A stretch of 64,000 nt of DNA from Aulosira sp. ZfuVER01 (GTDB lineage Bacteria; Cyanobacteriota; Cyanobacteriia; Cyanobacteriales; Nostocaceae): assembly GCA_034530615.2 (NCBI GenBank), contig JAVRCV020000036.1:64001-128000 (forward strand). The letters are read 5' to 3'. Position 1 is the stretch's first letter; each line of letters begins with the position of its first letter. Positions 22,600 through 33,326 of this stretch are shown in pieces. Both the position numbers and the translations under genes were made by a program. Below the pieces are notes generated by a model. It worked only from the letters and a program-made list of their open reading frames with translations. It was not told the origin of the DNA and searched no databases.

Positions 22600-23391
22600 A
22601 TGTTTAACACACACAACAAATTATTTAGTTTCATATTTCCGAACATGAACTACACACTCAAGAATAAACGTGCGCTCGTTACTGGTGGAAGTCGCGGTAT
22701 CGGCGCTGCTATTGTCAAGCGTTTAGCAAGTGAAGGTGCTGATGTTGCCTTTACCTACACCAACTCGCCCGATCAGGCTAACGAAATCGTACAGGCGGCG
22801 CAGGCACTAGGTGTCCAAGCTCTTGCTATTCAAGCCAACAGTGCCGAAGCCAGTGCGTTGGTTGCTGCTGTGGAGCAAACGGTGGATAAATTAGGTGGCA
22901 TTGATATTCTTGTCAATAATGCGGGTGTACTGGCGATCGCTCCTCTCAATGATTTCACTCTCGCAGACTTTGATCGAACTATCGCTATTAACGTGCGTGC
23001 CGTGTTTGTGGCGACGCAAGCCGCAGTCAAGCACATGCAAGAAGGTGGACGCATCATCAATATAGGTAGCACTAATGCCGAACGGATGCCATTTGCTGGT
23101 GGTGGCGTTTATGCCATGAGTAAATCTGCGCTGCAAGGGCTTGTACAAGGGCTGGCGCGTGACCTCGGCCCGCGCGGGATTACAATCAACAACGTGCAGC
23201 CTGGGCCGATCGCTACAGAAATGAATCCCCCGGACACTGAGTTTGCCCAGATGCTCAAAAGTCAGTTCATGGCACTGCCTCGCTACGGTACCGTTGAGGA
23301 GGTTGCCGGGATGGTTGCTTATTTGGCTGGGCCTGAAGCCAGTTTCATCACAGGCGCAAGCTTGATGATTGACGGAGGGTTTAGCGCATAA
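22600..23391 (+). CDS. Short-chain dehydrogenase/reductase (FabG-like)
   Basis: TGGSRGIG, NNAG, YAMSK, DGG; start may be 22645. Confidence 0.93.
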   Translation: MFNTHNKLFSFIFPNMNYTLKNKRALVTGGSRGIGAAIVKRLASEGADVAFTYTNSPDQANEIVQAAQALGVQALAIQANSAEASALVAAVEQTVDKLGGIDILVNNAGVLAIAPLNDFTLADFDRTIAINVRAVFVATQAAVKHMQEGGRIINIGSTNAERMPFAGGGVYAMSKSALQGLVQGLARDLGPRGITINNVQPGPIATEMNPPDTEFAQMLKSQFMALPRYGTVEEVAGMVAYLAGPEASFITGASLMIDGGFSA

Positions 23392-23409
23392 CTGCTGTAG
23401 GGAGTTACC

Positions 23410-23521
23410 TAATACCGTTTCACTTTAAGTTTGATACAAATAGGCCGCAGGGGAGCAGGGCGCAGGGGGAAAGAGTAAAAAACCAACGAATTTGTATCAG
23501 GATTTTCGTGAAATGGTATCA
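23410..23521. mobile_element. MITE-like element at the break of the Crp/Fnr gene
   Basis: Ends TAATACCGTT...AAATGGTATCA; internal TGATACAAAT/ATTTGTATCA inverted repeat. Confidence 0.65.
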
Positions 23522-23669
23522 GATCCACCAAGGGATCGCCCTCATGCAGAATAATTTCTCCACGTGAATAATGCTTAACCACAGCATAAGCCTGCAACTG
23601 GGCAAGCTGATCTAGATCTAGCGCAGACAAAAGTAGGATTCGCTGCAATTTTTCAACCGTGACTGGCAT
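23522..23669 (-). pseudogene. Crp/Fnr (Dnr-like) regulator, 5' fragment
   Basis: LQRILLLSALDLDQL...YSRGEIILHEGDP is a cNMP-domain start; it then runs into the MITE. Confidence 0.8.
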
Positions 23670-23732
23670 CGCTGAACTTTCCTAGTCAAGCAGGCTTAGT
23701 TTTTTTTCAGTCTAACTTTTTTCACTCTACTG

Positions 23733-23746
23733 ATGAGCTAGCTCAA
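23733..23746. promoter_or_regulatory. Fnr/Dnr-like palindromic box
   Basis: ATGAGCTAGCTCAA, ~64 nt upstream of the Crp/Fnr fragment. Confidence 0.55.
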
Positions 23747-23850
23747 AAAAATTATTCACAAAAATTGTCCTACAACTCTGCTAATGATCGGAGAATGGGC
23801 TATGAAGGGAATACTCTACTTATAGTATTAGATTCCGTACATTAGTACTG

Positions 23851-24621
23851 ATGAAAATTGTAGAAGAAACCCGCACTAGATTGCAGCTAAAGCACCGACC
23901 AATAAGGCATTGGCTCACCGGTTGGCCAATTTTGATTGCTAGTCTAAGTTTTTTTATTTATTGCATATTTTTTGAATCTGCTTCAGCTAGTTTAACTTGC
24001 AAACGCCCCTCATCCACCCAAATTAACTGTGAATTGAGGCGTTATAACTTGCTGGGAAGCATGGAAAAGCGGAAAATTCTCGATCCTTACGAAGCATATA
24101 TCAAGACACATACCAGCAGCAAAGGAGGGAGAACTTATGAAATTATTATTTTGACACCTTTTGGGGACTATCCTCTTTTATCACATCTTAGCTATCAAAA
24201 AAATCAGGAATCTGCTGTTGAAATCAATAATTTTATTAGTTCTGGCCAGATGTATCTGTCAGTTTACCAAAACCAGCGGAATTATGTGTTTTTCTTCGGC
24301 TTATTTATGTTAACTACTACGGCTATTGGTGCTTTTGTTGTGACAACACCTGTAACCAAGTGTACTTTCTACAAAAGCCTGAATAAGGTATTTATAGAGC
24401 GCAAAGGACTGCGTAGTCATGAAATTATCGAATATCCCTTAGAATCTATTTTGCGTTTTGATATTCAAAACAAGCAATTTAAATACTCTAAACTTTATCG
24501 TGCTGTAATTGTGCTGCAATTCTACCAAGAAATCCCAATCAATCTAGAATATACAGATGAAAAAAGCGTGCAATATGCAGTTTCTAGGATACGCCATTTC
24601 TTAAATATAAATAATATCTAA
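23851..24621 (+). CDS. Hypothetical membrane protein
   Basis: Two TM segments; LTCKR...NCEL motif. Confidence 0.75.
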   Translation: MKIVEETRTRLQLKHRPIRHWLTGWPILIASLSFFIYCIFFESASASLTCKRPSSTQINCELRRYNLLGSMEKRKILDPYEAYIKTHTSSKGGRTYEIIILTPFGDYPLLSHLSYQKNQESAVEINNFISSGQMYLSVYQNQRNYVFFFGLFMLTTTAIGAFVVTTPVTKCTFYKSLNKVFIERKGLRSHEIIEYPLESILRFDIQNKQFKYSKLYRAVIVLQFYQEIPINLEYTDEKSVQYAVSRIRHFLNINNI

Positions 24622-24701
24622 ATAGATATACCAATTAAAAACCGGACTTACGCATTGACAAATTAGACAAGAAATAAAGTAAAAAAATTAGGAAAAAACA
24701 G

Positions 24702-24880
24702 GCGATGGCTGCGCCAACGTCTTCTCTACGAGACGCTACGCGAACGACGAACGCTAATCACTCTTGAACTGGAAAGACTCATAATATCAATTCAAAATTC
24801 AAAATTCAAAATTAAGAATCTAGACAGGACAATGGTTTGGGGCTGTGTATCTGTCGCCTTCTTTTTTCAAATTGGTATAA
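24702..24880. mobile_element. SDR inserted in HIP1 plus a MITE-like element
   Basis: GCGAT[...]CGC at 24702-24753; TAATATCAATTCAAAATTCAAAATT...AATTGGTATA at 24782-24880. Confidence 0.6.
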
Positions 24881-25118
24881 GCCTCTTTTGTCACTACGGG
24901 GAGAGAATAATAGTCTACCCAATCTGAACCTTAGACAAAATCATCAATTGAGCGATCGCATGATCATTTTCTCATTTAACTTAGCTTGTTGATAAATAAC
25001 CCAATAATAAGACTTAGGGATTATTCTCTGCTGAAAGTAACAAAAGAGGGATAATTTACGTCCAGAGCGTATTTAGGGGTTCAAAAATATCTGGATCTCA
25101 GCAGACATTTAAAATAAG

Positions 25119-27074
25119 TCATGTCAAATGTCTCCTACCTGCTAGAAGTAGCCAGAGAAAGTAAGGAGTACCAATTAGCGCAGTTACTAACCCAGAAGGA
25201 ATTTCTTTAGGAGCTAAAACAACACGCCCAACGGTATCTGCTAAAGTCACTAAAATTGCACCCACAATTGCGGCTATTGGTACTAGCTGTCGGTGTCGAG
25301 AACCTACTAATAAACGAGCAGCATGGGGAGCAATTAATCCAACAAAGCTAATAGTTCCTACTGTTGATACTGCCGCAGCTGCTAAAGCTACAGCGATCGC
25401 TAATATTACACCACGAGCTTGCTGTAAACGCATCCCCAAAATACGCGGTAAGTCTTCCCCTAACGCCATCACATCAAGTTTGCGGGCAAATAACCACCCC
25501 AATGGCAGTAAAATTAACGGAAAAGCCAGCAATTGCCATACCTCATCCCACTGACGAGCATAGGTACTACCAGCTAGCCACACCAACGCTTGGCCTACCT
25601 GCAATTTTGACTTGATTACTAACAAGTTAATCCCCGCCGCACAAAACGCAGACACCGCAATTCCTACCAAAGCCAGCCTCGCTGGTGCTACGCCGTTTTG
25701 CCAAGCTGCAACATAAACCACACCAAAAGCTATCACTGCACCAATAAAAGCGGCGATTGGTATCAATGTTACTGGTATATCAGGTAATAATACTAACAGT
25801 AATAAAGCCCCAAAGCCTGCTCCTGAAGTAATCCCCATTATTTCTGGGCCAGCTAGAGGATTGCGGACAACTCCCTGCAATAATAAGCCACTGATGGCTA
25901 AGGCTGCTCCTGCTAATAATGCTACTAATAACCGGGGTAAGCGTAGGTACAATACTATTCTTTCTGTGAGCGCGTCACTATTCCCACTAATAACTTGAAT
26001 TAGTTGATTAATATCTAAATTAATATTGCCAAGGGATAGCCCCACAACCAGCACAAGTAATAAGCAAAGCAACCCAGCTAAAACTAAAATAGGATACTGA
26101 ATACGGGATTTTCTTTGTACTTGTAAAGCATGATTTCCCCCTGTCTGCTTCAAAAGATGAGGCGATGAACGCACCAACCACACTAAAAACGGTGCGCCTA
26201 ATAAAGCCGTGATGCCACCCGCAGGTAATTCACTGGATATCTGCTGTGCGACTAAATCAGCAGCTAGTAAGACTACTGCACCCCAAATCGCCGCCGATGG
26301 TAATAAAATTTGGTGTCGCCGACATCCCATTAATTTCACTATATGGGGTGCAACTAAACCGACAAAGCCTATCGGCCCGACAACACTCACGGCTATAGAA
26401 GCCAAAAATACTCCGAGTAAGGTGCTGCATAAACGTGTCCACTGGACTTTGGAACCGAGGGAACGGGCTAAATCTTCGCCTAACAGAAGTACATCTAAGG
26501 GCTTGGCGATGATGAAAACTGCGATCGCTCCTAATAATACTCTAGGAGCTGCATAGATACTTCCCTGCCAATTAGTTTGTAGTAAAGAACCTGCACCCCA
26601 AAAAAATAAATCACGGGTTTGGTTTTCGTAGAGTAGTTGTAAGGCGGAAGTGAAAGCGGCTAAGGCTAGGGAAACAGCCATTCCTGAGAGGGTGAGGCGG
26701 ATGGGGGTAATCTCTTTCCCGACAGCAGCTATGGCATATACCAGTAATGCTGCTAATAAACCGCCAATAAAGGCTATTAGTAAAGGCGACAAAGTCAATA
26801 TCTCTGGTGCAAAGATGGTAGTGGCGGTGACTGCTAAATATGCGCCAGCATTTACTCCTAAGGTTGCGGGTGAGGCTAGGGGATTACGGGTGACTGTCTG
26901 GAATAGTGCGCCTGCTATTCCTAGGGCTGCGCCGGCTATTATACCGATGGCTGTGCGGGGTAGTTTGATGTAGCGCAGGATGTCGTCTGGGGCTGTGATG
27001 AGGTTGCTGTGGAGGAGAATGAGGGTGAGGAGGATGAGGATTCCTGTGATGAGGGGGCGGGGTTTGAGAGACAT
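25119..27074 (-). CDS. fhuB: Ferric-hydroxamate ABC permease (fused double FecCD)
   Basis: Two FecCD halves, each with RNPLA and FVGL.APH motifs. Confidence 0.95.
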   Translation of the reverse strand: MSLKPRPLITGILILLTLILLHSNLITAPDDILRYIKLPRTAIGIIAGAALGIAGALFQTVTRNPLASPATLGVNAGAYLAVTATTIFAPEILTLSPLLIAFIGGLLAALLVYAIAAVGKEITPIRLTLSGMAVSLALAAFTSALQLLYENQTRDLFFWGAGSLLQTNWQGSIYAAPRVLLGAIAVFIIAKPLDVLLLGEDLARSLGSKVQWTRLCSTLLGVFLASIAVSVVGPIGFVGLVAPHIVKLMGCRRHQILLPSAAIWGAVVLLAADLVAQQISSELPAGGITALLGAPFLVWLVRSSPHLLKQTGGNHALQVQRKSRIQYPILVLAGLLCLLLVLVVGLSLGNINLDINQLIQVISGNSDALTERIVLYLRLPRLLVALLAGAALAISGLLLQGVVRNPLAGPEIMGITSGAGFGALLLLVLLPDIPVTLIPIAAFIGAVIAFGVVYVAAWQNGVAPARLALVGIAVSAFCAAGINLLVIKSKLQVGQALVWLAGSTYARQWDEVWQLLAFPLILLPLGWLFARKLDVMALGEDLPRILGMRLQQARGVILAIAVALAAAAVSTVGTISFVGLIAPHAARLLVGSRHRQLVPIAAIVGAILVTLADTVGRVVLAPKEIPSGLVTALIGTPYFLWLLLAGRRHLT

Positions 27075-27128
27075 GAGGGATTGAACGCAAAGGGGCGCGG
27101 AGGTTAACGCAAAGGTGCGCGGAGGAAT

Positions 27129-28031
27129 CTATGCTAGGGTTTTGATGATTTTTTCTACTAGGATTTGGGCTGATAGGGGACCACCAAATAACCAGGTGTC
27201 TGGGGCGATCGCATACAATCTTTTTTGTTGGACAAATTCTAGTTCTCGCCATACTGGGTGATTTTCTAGCTGTTTTTGGTAAGGGCTATTGGGTGCGGGA
27301 AGATAGATGAAGTTGGCGGTTTCAACTTTTGGTAATGCTTCTACCCACACTGTATTGAAGCCAAAACGGTCAAATTCTCCTTTCCAAGCGTTTTTTAAAC
27401 CAATGGCGGTGAGGATTTGTGCGGCCATTGAGTTATCTGCGAACAGGCGGATTTGGGGGGCGTTGTCGCTGAATTGTCCGAGGACGAAATCAGGTTTTTG
27501 GGTATTTTTGATGAGGGTTGCTGCGGTTTGAAACTTGGTTTGCATTTGCTGAATGATTTTCTGTGCGACATCTCGGCGGTTGACGCGATCGGCAATTTTG
27601 AGGAATGTTTGCTGCATCTCGTCTAGTTGATGGGAGTTTTCCGCCGAGGGATAGGGGTTAAATATCTGCGTTGGAGCGATCGCAGATAAGGTATCGTAAA
27701 TAGTCTGGTGTCTTAACTCTACGCCTAATATTAAATCTGGTTTTAATTGGGCGATCGCTTCTAAACTCGGTTCTTGGCGTGTCCCTATATCAACTACACT
27801 CTTATCTAAGGATGGCTGTACATTCACATATCGTTTATACCCTTGGATATCTGCAACTCCTACAGGCTGAATTCCCAAAGCTAAAAGGTTTTCTGCATAC
27901 ACCCATTCGAGGGCGACTACTCTGGTTGCTGTTTGATTAGAACTTTGAGGACGAGGATAACGACTACAAGCCACTGTCAAAAAAGAAGCAGTCGCGCCAG
28001 TTAAAAAGGTGCGTCTAGTGAATTTGCTCAT
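27129..28031 (-). CDS. fhuD: Ferric-siderophore-binding lipoprotein
   Basis: Tat-like lipoprotein signal MSKFTRRTFL...VAC; RVVALEW; EPSLEAIAQLKPDLI; ATGA overlap with fhuC. Confidence 0.92.
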   Translation of the reverse strand: MSKFTRRTFLTGATASFLTVACSRYPRPQSSNQTATRVVALEWVYAENLLALGIQPVGVADIQGYKRYVNVQPSLDKSVVDIGTRQEPSLEAIAQLKPDLILGVELRHQTIYDTLSAIAPTQIFNPYPSAENSHQLDEMQQTFLKIADRVNRRDVAQKIIQQMQTKFQTAATLIKNTQKPDFVLGQFSDNAPQIRLFADNSMAAQILTAIGLKNAWKGEFDRFGFNTVWVEALPKVETANFIYLPAPNSPYQKQLENHPVWRELEFVQQKRLYAIAPDTWLFGGPLSAQILVEKIIKTLA

Positions 28032-28834
28032 TTGGTTAACTCTCCTTGTGGGATACCCAAATGGCAAGGTAAACAAGTAGGATAGCCATTAATCGGATGC
28101 GGAATCACGGTCATTTCCACGCCAAACACCTGCTGAATGTTATGGGCTGTCATCACTGCTTGGGGAGTACCAACGGCGACGATTTTTCCTTGTTTGAGCA
28201 TGATTAAGCGATCGCTATAAGCTGCGGCTTGATTCAAATCATGCAACACCCAACCAACTGTGATTCGATGTTCTTGGTTGAGTCGTCGCACTAAAGCTAA
28301 AACTTCTAGTTGATGGCGGATATCTAAAAACGTTGTGGGTTCGTCAAGTAATAACACCTGGGTTTGCTGTGCTAATGCCATTGCTATCCAAGCCCTTTGA
28401 CGTTCCCCACCAGAAAGGGTATCTACGATTCTGTCTGCTAGGGGTTCTAAGCCAGTTACAGCTAATGCCCATTCCATTGCGGCGATATCTTTTTGAGAAA
28501 AACCCCCGAATATATTCTGATGGGGATAGCGACCATAACCAATCAATTCCCACACAGTTACACCTGGAGGGGCTTCTGAAGATTGGGGTAATATCGTCAG
28601 TTGCTTGGCTAACTCTTTTGTGGGGATGTGGCTGATATCGCGCCCATGTAAATAAATCACACCCCTGCTAGGTTGAATGAGTCTGGCCAGAGTGCGTAAA
28701 ACAGTACTTTTCCCGGAACCATTCGGCCCTAGTAAGGCGGTGATTTCTCCTGGGGGAAACGTGAAGGAAAGGTCAGGAACGATGATTTTGCCATCATAAG
28801 CAATTTGCAGATTTTGAGATGCGATCGCTTGCAA
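28028..28834 (-). CDS. fhuC: Ferric-siderophore ABC ATPase
   Basis: GPNGSGKS, LSGGERQR, LLLDEPT, VLHDLN. Confidence 0.95.
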   Translation of the reverse strand: MQAIASQNLQIAYDGKIIVPDLSFTFPPGEITALLGPNGSGKSTVLRTLARLIQPSRGVIYLHGRDISHIPTKELAKQLTILPQSSEAPPGVTVWELIGYGRYPHQNIFGGFSQKDIAAMEWALAVTGLEPLADRIVDTLSGGERQRAWIAMALAQQTQVLLLDEPTTFLDIRHQLEVLALVRRLNQEHRITVGWVLHDLNQAAAYSDRLIMLKQGKIVAVGTPQAVMTAHNIQQVFGVEMTVIPHPINGYPTCLPCHLGIPQGELTK

Positions 28835-28975
28835 TTCCTAACCTCCTAACAGTTAATGCCAGTAATTTTTAGTTATTACTGTCTTTGAAGATGGTTTTTT
28901 GTTGCTTATAGCCACTCTATAGCTAACCTAATTGCGAATATCTTTGTCAAGTAGTTACCTCAATATTGAGAATAA

Positions 28976-30784
28976 TTAGCATTCAATTGGCATCATTTGG
29001 GCTACTGTATACAAAGCATTATTCACCTTACCGAAAGCAGCAGCGTGGGGGCGATCGCCATCGTCAGCGTAACCGTAAGTAATCAAGCGATTGCGGTTTA
29101 AGCACAGCTTGGTAAATTGGGGTGCTAGCAAGTTGAATAACTCAAATCTGTCTTGCATTTGGGGGAAACGACTTTGATAATTCAAGATTGTCTCTCTAAC
29201 TTTTGTCCAGAAAATATGTTCTGGGTAGTTGTGGTAGTCTGCCAATAAATCAGACAGGTAACGATGGTGACAGATAAACAAGCCAGCAAAGATAAATTGA
29301 CATAAACCCTCTGGTGGTTCACTTAACAAAATGGCTTTTAGCTGTGGCGTTAAAGACTCCAATTCGGGTAAGGGATGACGACTAACATTGACATCGTCTA
29401 CAAAATCTTTCATCGCCAACCGATGCGGAGCAAAATCCTTCAGCACCAAAATTGTGTTTTCACCATGAGGCGAGAAAACGACACCGTAGCGGTAGAGGTA
29501 ATGTAGTAGCGGGGGTAAAATCGTGTTGAATAATCGAGACAGCCACTCATCCAAACTGAGTCTGGAACGTTCAACCAGTTGGGAAATAAATGGTTTGCCG
29601 TTACCATCAATGTGTAAAAGTGATGCTAAAGTTATCGGCTTTTCATCAGGTTCGGTATAAGCTAAAACACTTTCCCGCCATAAACAACCCAACATTTCCT
29701 TATATTGGTAAGGTGCGCCTGAGAGTTGGCTGTAGTAAGGATGATCGTAATTGATGCTGGCAATTTCACCAGGAAGAATTAAACGACACTCATCTTTGAG
29801 GAAAGTATCATTGTCACAAATTGATTTCACATATTCTGTGACAAGTGGTGCAACCTGTGTGCGATCGCCCGGTAAACCACGGTAAACTAAAGTATTTAAA
29901 ATACTCAGGGGTAATTTAACGTACCTTTTTTGTGGATGGCTGATATTAGCAAAAGTACGAATCGATTGTTGGGGTAAGTATTTATCTTGGCTGTAGCCGA
30001 GGGAAATCATTGCACCTGTGGCTATTTCTTCCACAAATAGAAGTGTAATGATATTTTTCCATTGCCAATCATGGATGGGAAGAAAGTAATAATCGGTAGG
30101 GTTGAGATTACGTGATTCTAGGATGGCGGTAAATTCTGCAAGATTTTCTGCGCCCAACTCTTCTAGGATGAGGGTGGCATAGTCTAGTTCTGGGATAGCG
30201 TTAAATTGGGCGCGTTCAATGCTAACAGCAATCCAAAATAAGGAAACTGGTTGTTTACTTTCTGGTGCGTGAGCTAGGTAATCATCGTAGCCAAAACCGA
30301 TGCGCCCTTTGTTGAAGGTTATCCAAGGATGTCCTTCCATTTCCCCTTCTAAGGAGGGGTAATCTAAACCGAGTAAGTCTATATTTTGGGTTTCTTTTTT
30401 GGTTTGAATGTGAGCGTCAGCTAGTAAGGTATTACTTAGTTCTTTGATTAAATGGGCGGTGGTTTCCGCTGTCATTCCAACGAATGTGTGAATGTCGAGG
30501 ACGAATTGCAGGGGGTTAAATGCTGGTGAGAATTCTCCGGTTTCTCGTCTTTGTATGGATGTGGGGATAACGCGATAGCTGTCAAATAGACGTTTTTTGG
30601 CTTGGAATTTGTAGGCTATGCCTTCTGGAAGGGTGAGGTGGTAGAGGGTGTATTCTGAGGTTTGTTCTAGTGTCTCCGGTTTGATGATTTCTTCATACAT
30701 GAATTCGGAGAGCATTTTGGCGAGGAGTTTCTGGCTGACTGTTTGCCAGCGTTGGGGTTGGAGGATTTGGGTGAGGTTTTGCAT
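28976..30784 (-). CDS. rhbF: NIS siderophore synthetase, IucC/RhbF type
   Basis: GHPW..NKGRIGF, QQSIRT, PHGEN, MKDF. Confidence 0.9.
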   Translation of the reverse strand: MQNLTQILQPQRWQTVSQKLLAKMLSEFMYEEIIKPETLEQTSEYTLYHLTLPEGIAYKFQAKKRLFDSYRVIPTSIQRRETGEFSPAFNPLQFVLDIHTFVGMTAETTAHLIKELSNTLLADAHIQTKKETQNIDLLGLDYPSLEGEMEGHPWITFNKGRIGFGYDDYLAHAPESKQPVSLFWIAVSIERAQFNAIPELDYATLILEELGAENLAEFTAILESRNLNPTDYYFLPIHDWQWKNIITLLFVEEIATGAMISLGYSQDKYLPQQSIRTFANISHPQKRYVKLPLSILNTLVYRGLPGDRTQVAPLVTEYVKSICDNDTFLKDECRLILPGEIASINYDHPYYSQLSGAPYQYKEMLGCLWRESVLAYTEPDEKPITLASLLHIDGNGKPFISQLVERSRLSLDEWLSRLFNTILPPLLHYLYRYGVVFSPHGENTILVLKDFAPHRLAMKDFVDDVNVSRHPLPELESLTPQLKAILLSEPPEGLCQFIFAGLFICHHRYLSDLLADYHNYPEHIFWTKVRETILNYQSRFPQMQDRFELFNLLAPQFTKLCLNRNRLITYGYADDGDRPHAAAFGKVNNALYTVAQMMPIEC

Positions 30785-30853
30785 TTTTTTGTTCAGGTAT
30801 TTAAGAGGGAGATTTCACGCAGAGACGCAGAGGCGCAGAGAGAAGGAGGAACT

Positions 30854-32041
30854 TTAGAACCCTTCGGCTTCTTGTCTTCTGCCTTCTGCCTTTGGAACGT
30901 AGCGAAAGAATAGAAGGTTAAGGCAGCAAATTATTGTGGCGGCGATGAATGGGGAAGCTAGGTTATGAGTGTTGACTAGCCAGGAGGCTAACAGGGGTGC
31001 GCCTAGGTGTCCAATGTTGGCGAAGGATGTGGTGAGGCTGTAGTTGAAGTGGAGGTGTTTGGCTGTACTTTTGTTGAATATTTGCAGTTCTAAGGCGGCT
31101 TGGGTGACTGCTAGGAAAAAGCCGTAAACTATCCGCGCCAGAATGAGTAAGGGTAGGTTGAATGATAATCCTTGTACGCCTAAGCTGATAATTAGTAGGC
31201 TTAAACTTGTTAAGTAGATGCTGTTGAGGCGTTCGGGACGACAGGCTTGACGGATGTAAGGTAAGGCGGCGATCGCCATAATACTAGGTATCAAAAACAA
31301 CAAACTACTAGTGAGCAAGTTGACGTTTAATGGTTCGGCGGTGACATACTCTGTAAAGTAAGGACGGACTAAGTTATTCGCTAGTTGGAAGGTGAGGATA
31401 ACTATGCCGATAGTGATGATGTAACCCAGTTGGTTTGATGCTACAGGTTGATTCCCGGTTGGTTGTTCGTGGCGTTGGGTAGATACGCCCCGCAACATAT
31501 AAGCACAGATGGCAAGTTGTAAAAGATCGGCTACGGCAATTACGTAAAATAGAATTAATGGAGTATCTATATTTACCATAAATGCGCCGACGATAGTAGC
31601 AATGATAATTGCACCATGAAATACAGCTTGGTATGTGCCGGCGATCGCAGCTCGTTTTTCTTCCCCACCCAGTTGGATAATCAAGGGATACACTAACAGG
31701 TAACTGCCTTTGCACAGTAACAGCAATATTGTGTAAACCAAAAATTGCTCTGCACTGGTGCTTGTACCCATCAAGGCTGTCATTACAGCTGTACCCAATT
31801 GACCAACATAGAGTAGGTGTTTAACTTCAAAGCGTCGTGATAACACACCCCATACAGGCGCAGACAGCACCACCGTTAACCGACACACAAAGATGTAGTA
31901 ACCGGTGTAGGCTAAATCTGTCACCCCGAAAACTTTACGGAAAAACTGGGGATAAAAGGGTGACAGTAAAACCTCGTTAAAAATACTCAAGAACACACAG
32001 AGAAATAATGCGCCGGAGATGAGGGGTAGGCACTGCTTCAT
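30854..32041 (-). CDS. MFS transporter (likely siderophore export)
   Basis: About 12 hydrophobic segments; lies inside the NIS operon. Confidence 0.85.
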   Translation of the reverse strand: MKQCLPLISGALFLCVFLSIFNEVLLSPFYPQFFRKVFGVTDLAYTGYYIFVCRLTVVLSAPVWGVLSRRFEVKHLLYVGQLGTAVMTALMGTSTSAEQFLVYTILLLLCKGSYLLVYPLIIQLGGEEKRAAIAGTYQAVFHGAIIIATIVGAFMVNIDTPLILFYVIAVADLLQLAICAYMLRGVSTQRHEQPTGNQPVASNQLGYIITIGIVILTFQLANNLVRPYFTEYVTAEPLNVNLLTSSLLFLIPSIMAIAALPYIRQACRPERLNSIYLTSLSLLIISLGVQGLSFNLPLLILARIVYGFFLAVTQAALELQIFNKSTAKHLHFNYSLTTSFANIGHLGAPLLASWLVNTHNLASPFIAATIICCLNLLFFRYVPKAEGRRQEAEGF

Positions 32042-33321
32042 GCGACTACACCGAATTCCTGAAAGACGTTACGCTGTTGTACTGGATAAACGTTGCGTCC
32101 TGTCAAAGAGTTAATAATTACAGAGTTGCGATAACAGCCTAATCCCAAATCTGGCGCACCAATACCGTGAGTATGTAATTCAGCGTTTTGGACAAAAATC
32201 CGGTTGGGAATGTCTTGAGTGAGGGAGAGGTGATAGTCAAAATTTACCTTGTAACGCCCTTGTTCATCCCATTGCAGCAAATCGCGGATATCTGCCATAA
32301 AATTAGGGATAGCTTGATGGTAGCCAGTCGCTAAGATAATGCGATCGCTTTGGTGAATAAATGGCTGATCCTGATGAGAATGGCGATAGGTAAGGCGATA
32401 ACCGTTATCAGTGGGTTCTACTTCTTTAACTTCTACCCCAGACAGTAACCTGACATTGGGGTGATTATCGGCGACGGAACGCTCGTAGAGCAAGTCATAG
32501 ATTTTGGCAATGGTGTTAAAACTAATTCCCTTGTACAGCAAACCTTGCTTAGTTAAGAGTTCGTTTCGCTGTTCTGGTCGCAGATTATAAAAATAATGGA
32601 TGTAATCCGGTGAAAAATGTTCTAATCCCAATTTGGAATATTCCATTGGGAAAAAGCCAGCAGAACGGGTATGCCATTCGAGGCGATAACCATAGTTTTC
32701 TTGTTCTTGCAGTAGTTCATAAAAAACTTCGGCTGCACTTTGTCCAGAACCAATAACTGTAATTGATTTTGACTGATGACATCTGGCTTTTTGGTGGAGA
32801 AATTCTGCCGAGTGAAAGATATTTTCTGAGACTACATCGCGGAAACAAGGCGGTATGTAGGGAACAGTACCAACGCCTAAAACCAAATTGCGGCAACGGT
32901 ATGTAAAATTAGTACCATCAACTATAAATTCATGAGCTTTTTCATCCCAAGAAATGCTTGTTACCTGTTGTCCAAAATAACAATTAGGTAATTGCTTTGC
33001 TACCCATTGGCAGTAATCATTGTATTCTCTTCTGGGAATATGAAACTCTTCCCAAAAGTAAAAATTATAGAGACGAGATTTAGCTTTGAGGTAACTAAGA
33101 AAGCTGAATTTACTAGTAGGTTCAGCCATCGTTACTAAGTCTGCCAAAAATGGTACTTGAATTGTCGCACCCTCAAGTAATAAGCCTGGATGCCATTGAA
33201 ATTGAGATTTTTGTTCTAGGAATAAAGACTTAATTTCTGTGATAGGTTCTAACAGTGCAGCTAAACCTAAATTAAAAGGGCCAAGACCAATACCAATTAG
33301 GTCATAAACACAATGGCTCAT
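32038..33321 (-). CDS. rhbE: Amine N-hydroxylase (IucD/RhbE family)
   Basis: GIGLGPFNLGLA, WHPGLL, GSGQSAAE, ILATGY; start taken as MSHCVYD. Confidence 0.93.
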   Translation of the reverse strand: MSHCVYDLIGIGLGPFNLGLAALLEPITEIKSLFLEQKSQFQWHPGLLLEGATIQVPFLADLVTMAEPTSKFSFLSYLKAKSRLYNFYFWEEFHIPRREYNDYCQWVAKQLPNCYFGQQVTSISWDEKAHEFIVDGTNFTYRCRNLVLGVGTVPYIPPCFRDVVSENIFHSAEFLHQKARCHQSKSITVIGSGQSAAEVFYELLQEQENYGYRLEWHTRSAGFFPMEYSKLGLEHFSPDYIHYFYNLRPEQRNELLTKQGLLYKGISFNTIAKIYDLLYERSVADNHPNVRLLSGVEVKEVEPTDNGYRLTYRHSHQDQPFIHQSDRIILATGYHQAIPNFMADIRDLLQWDEQGRYKVNFDYHLSLTQDIPNRIFVQNAELHTHGIGAPDLGLGCYRNSVIINSLTGRNVYPVQQRNVFQEFGVVA

Positions 33322-33326
33322 GCTTT

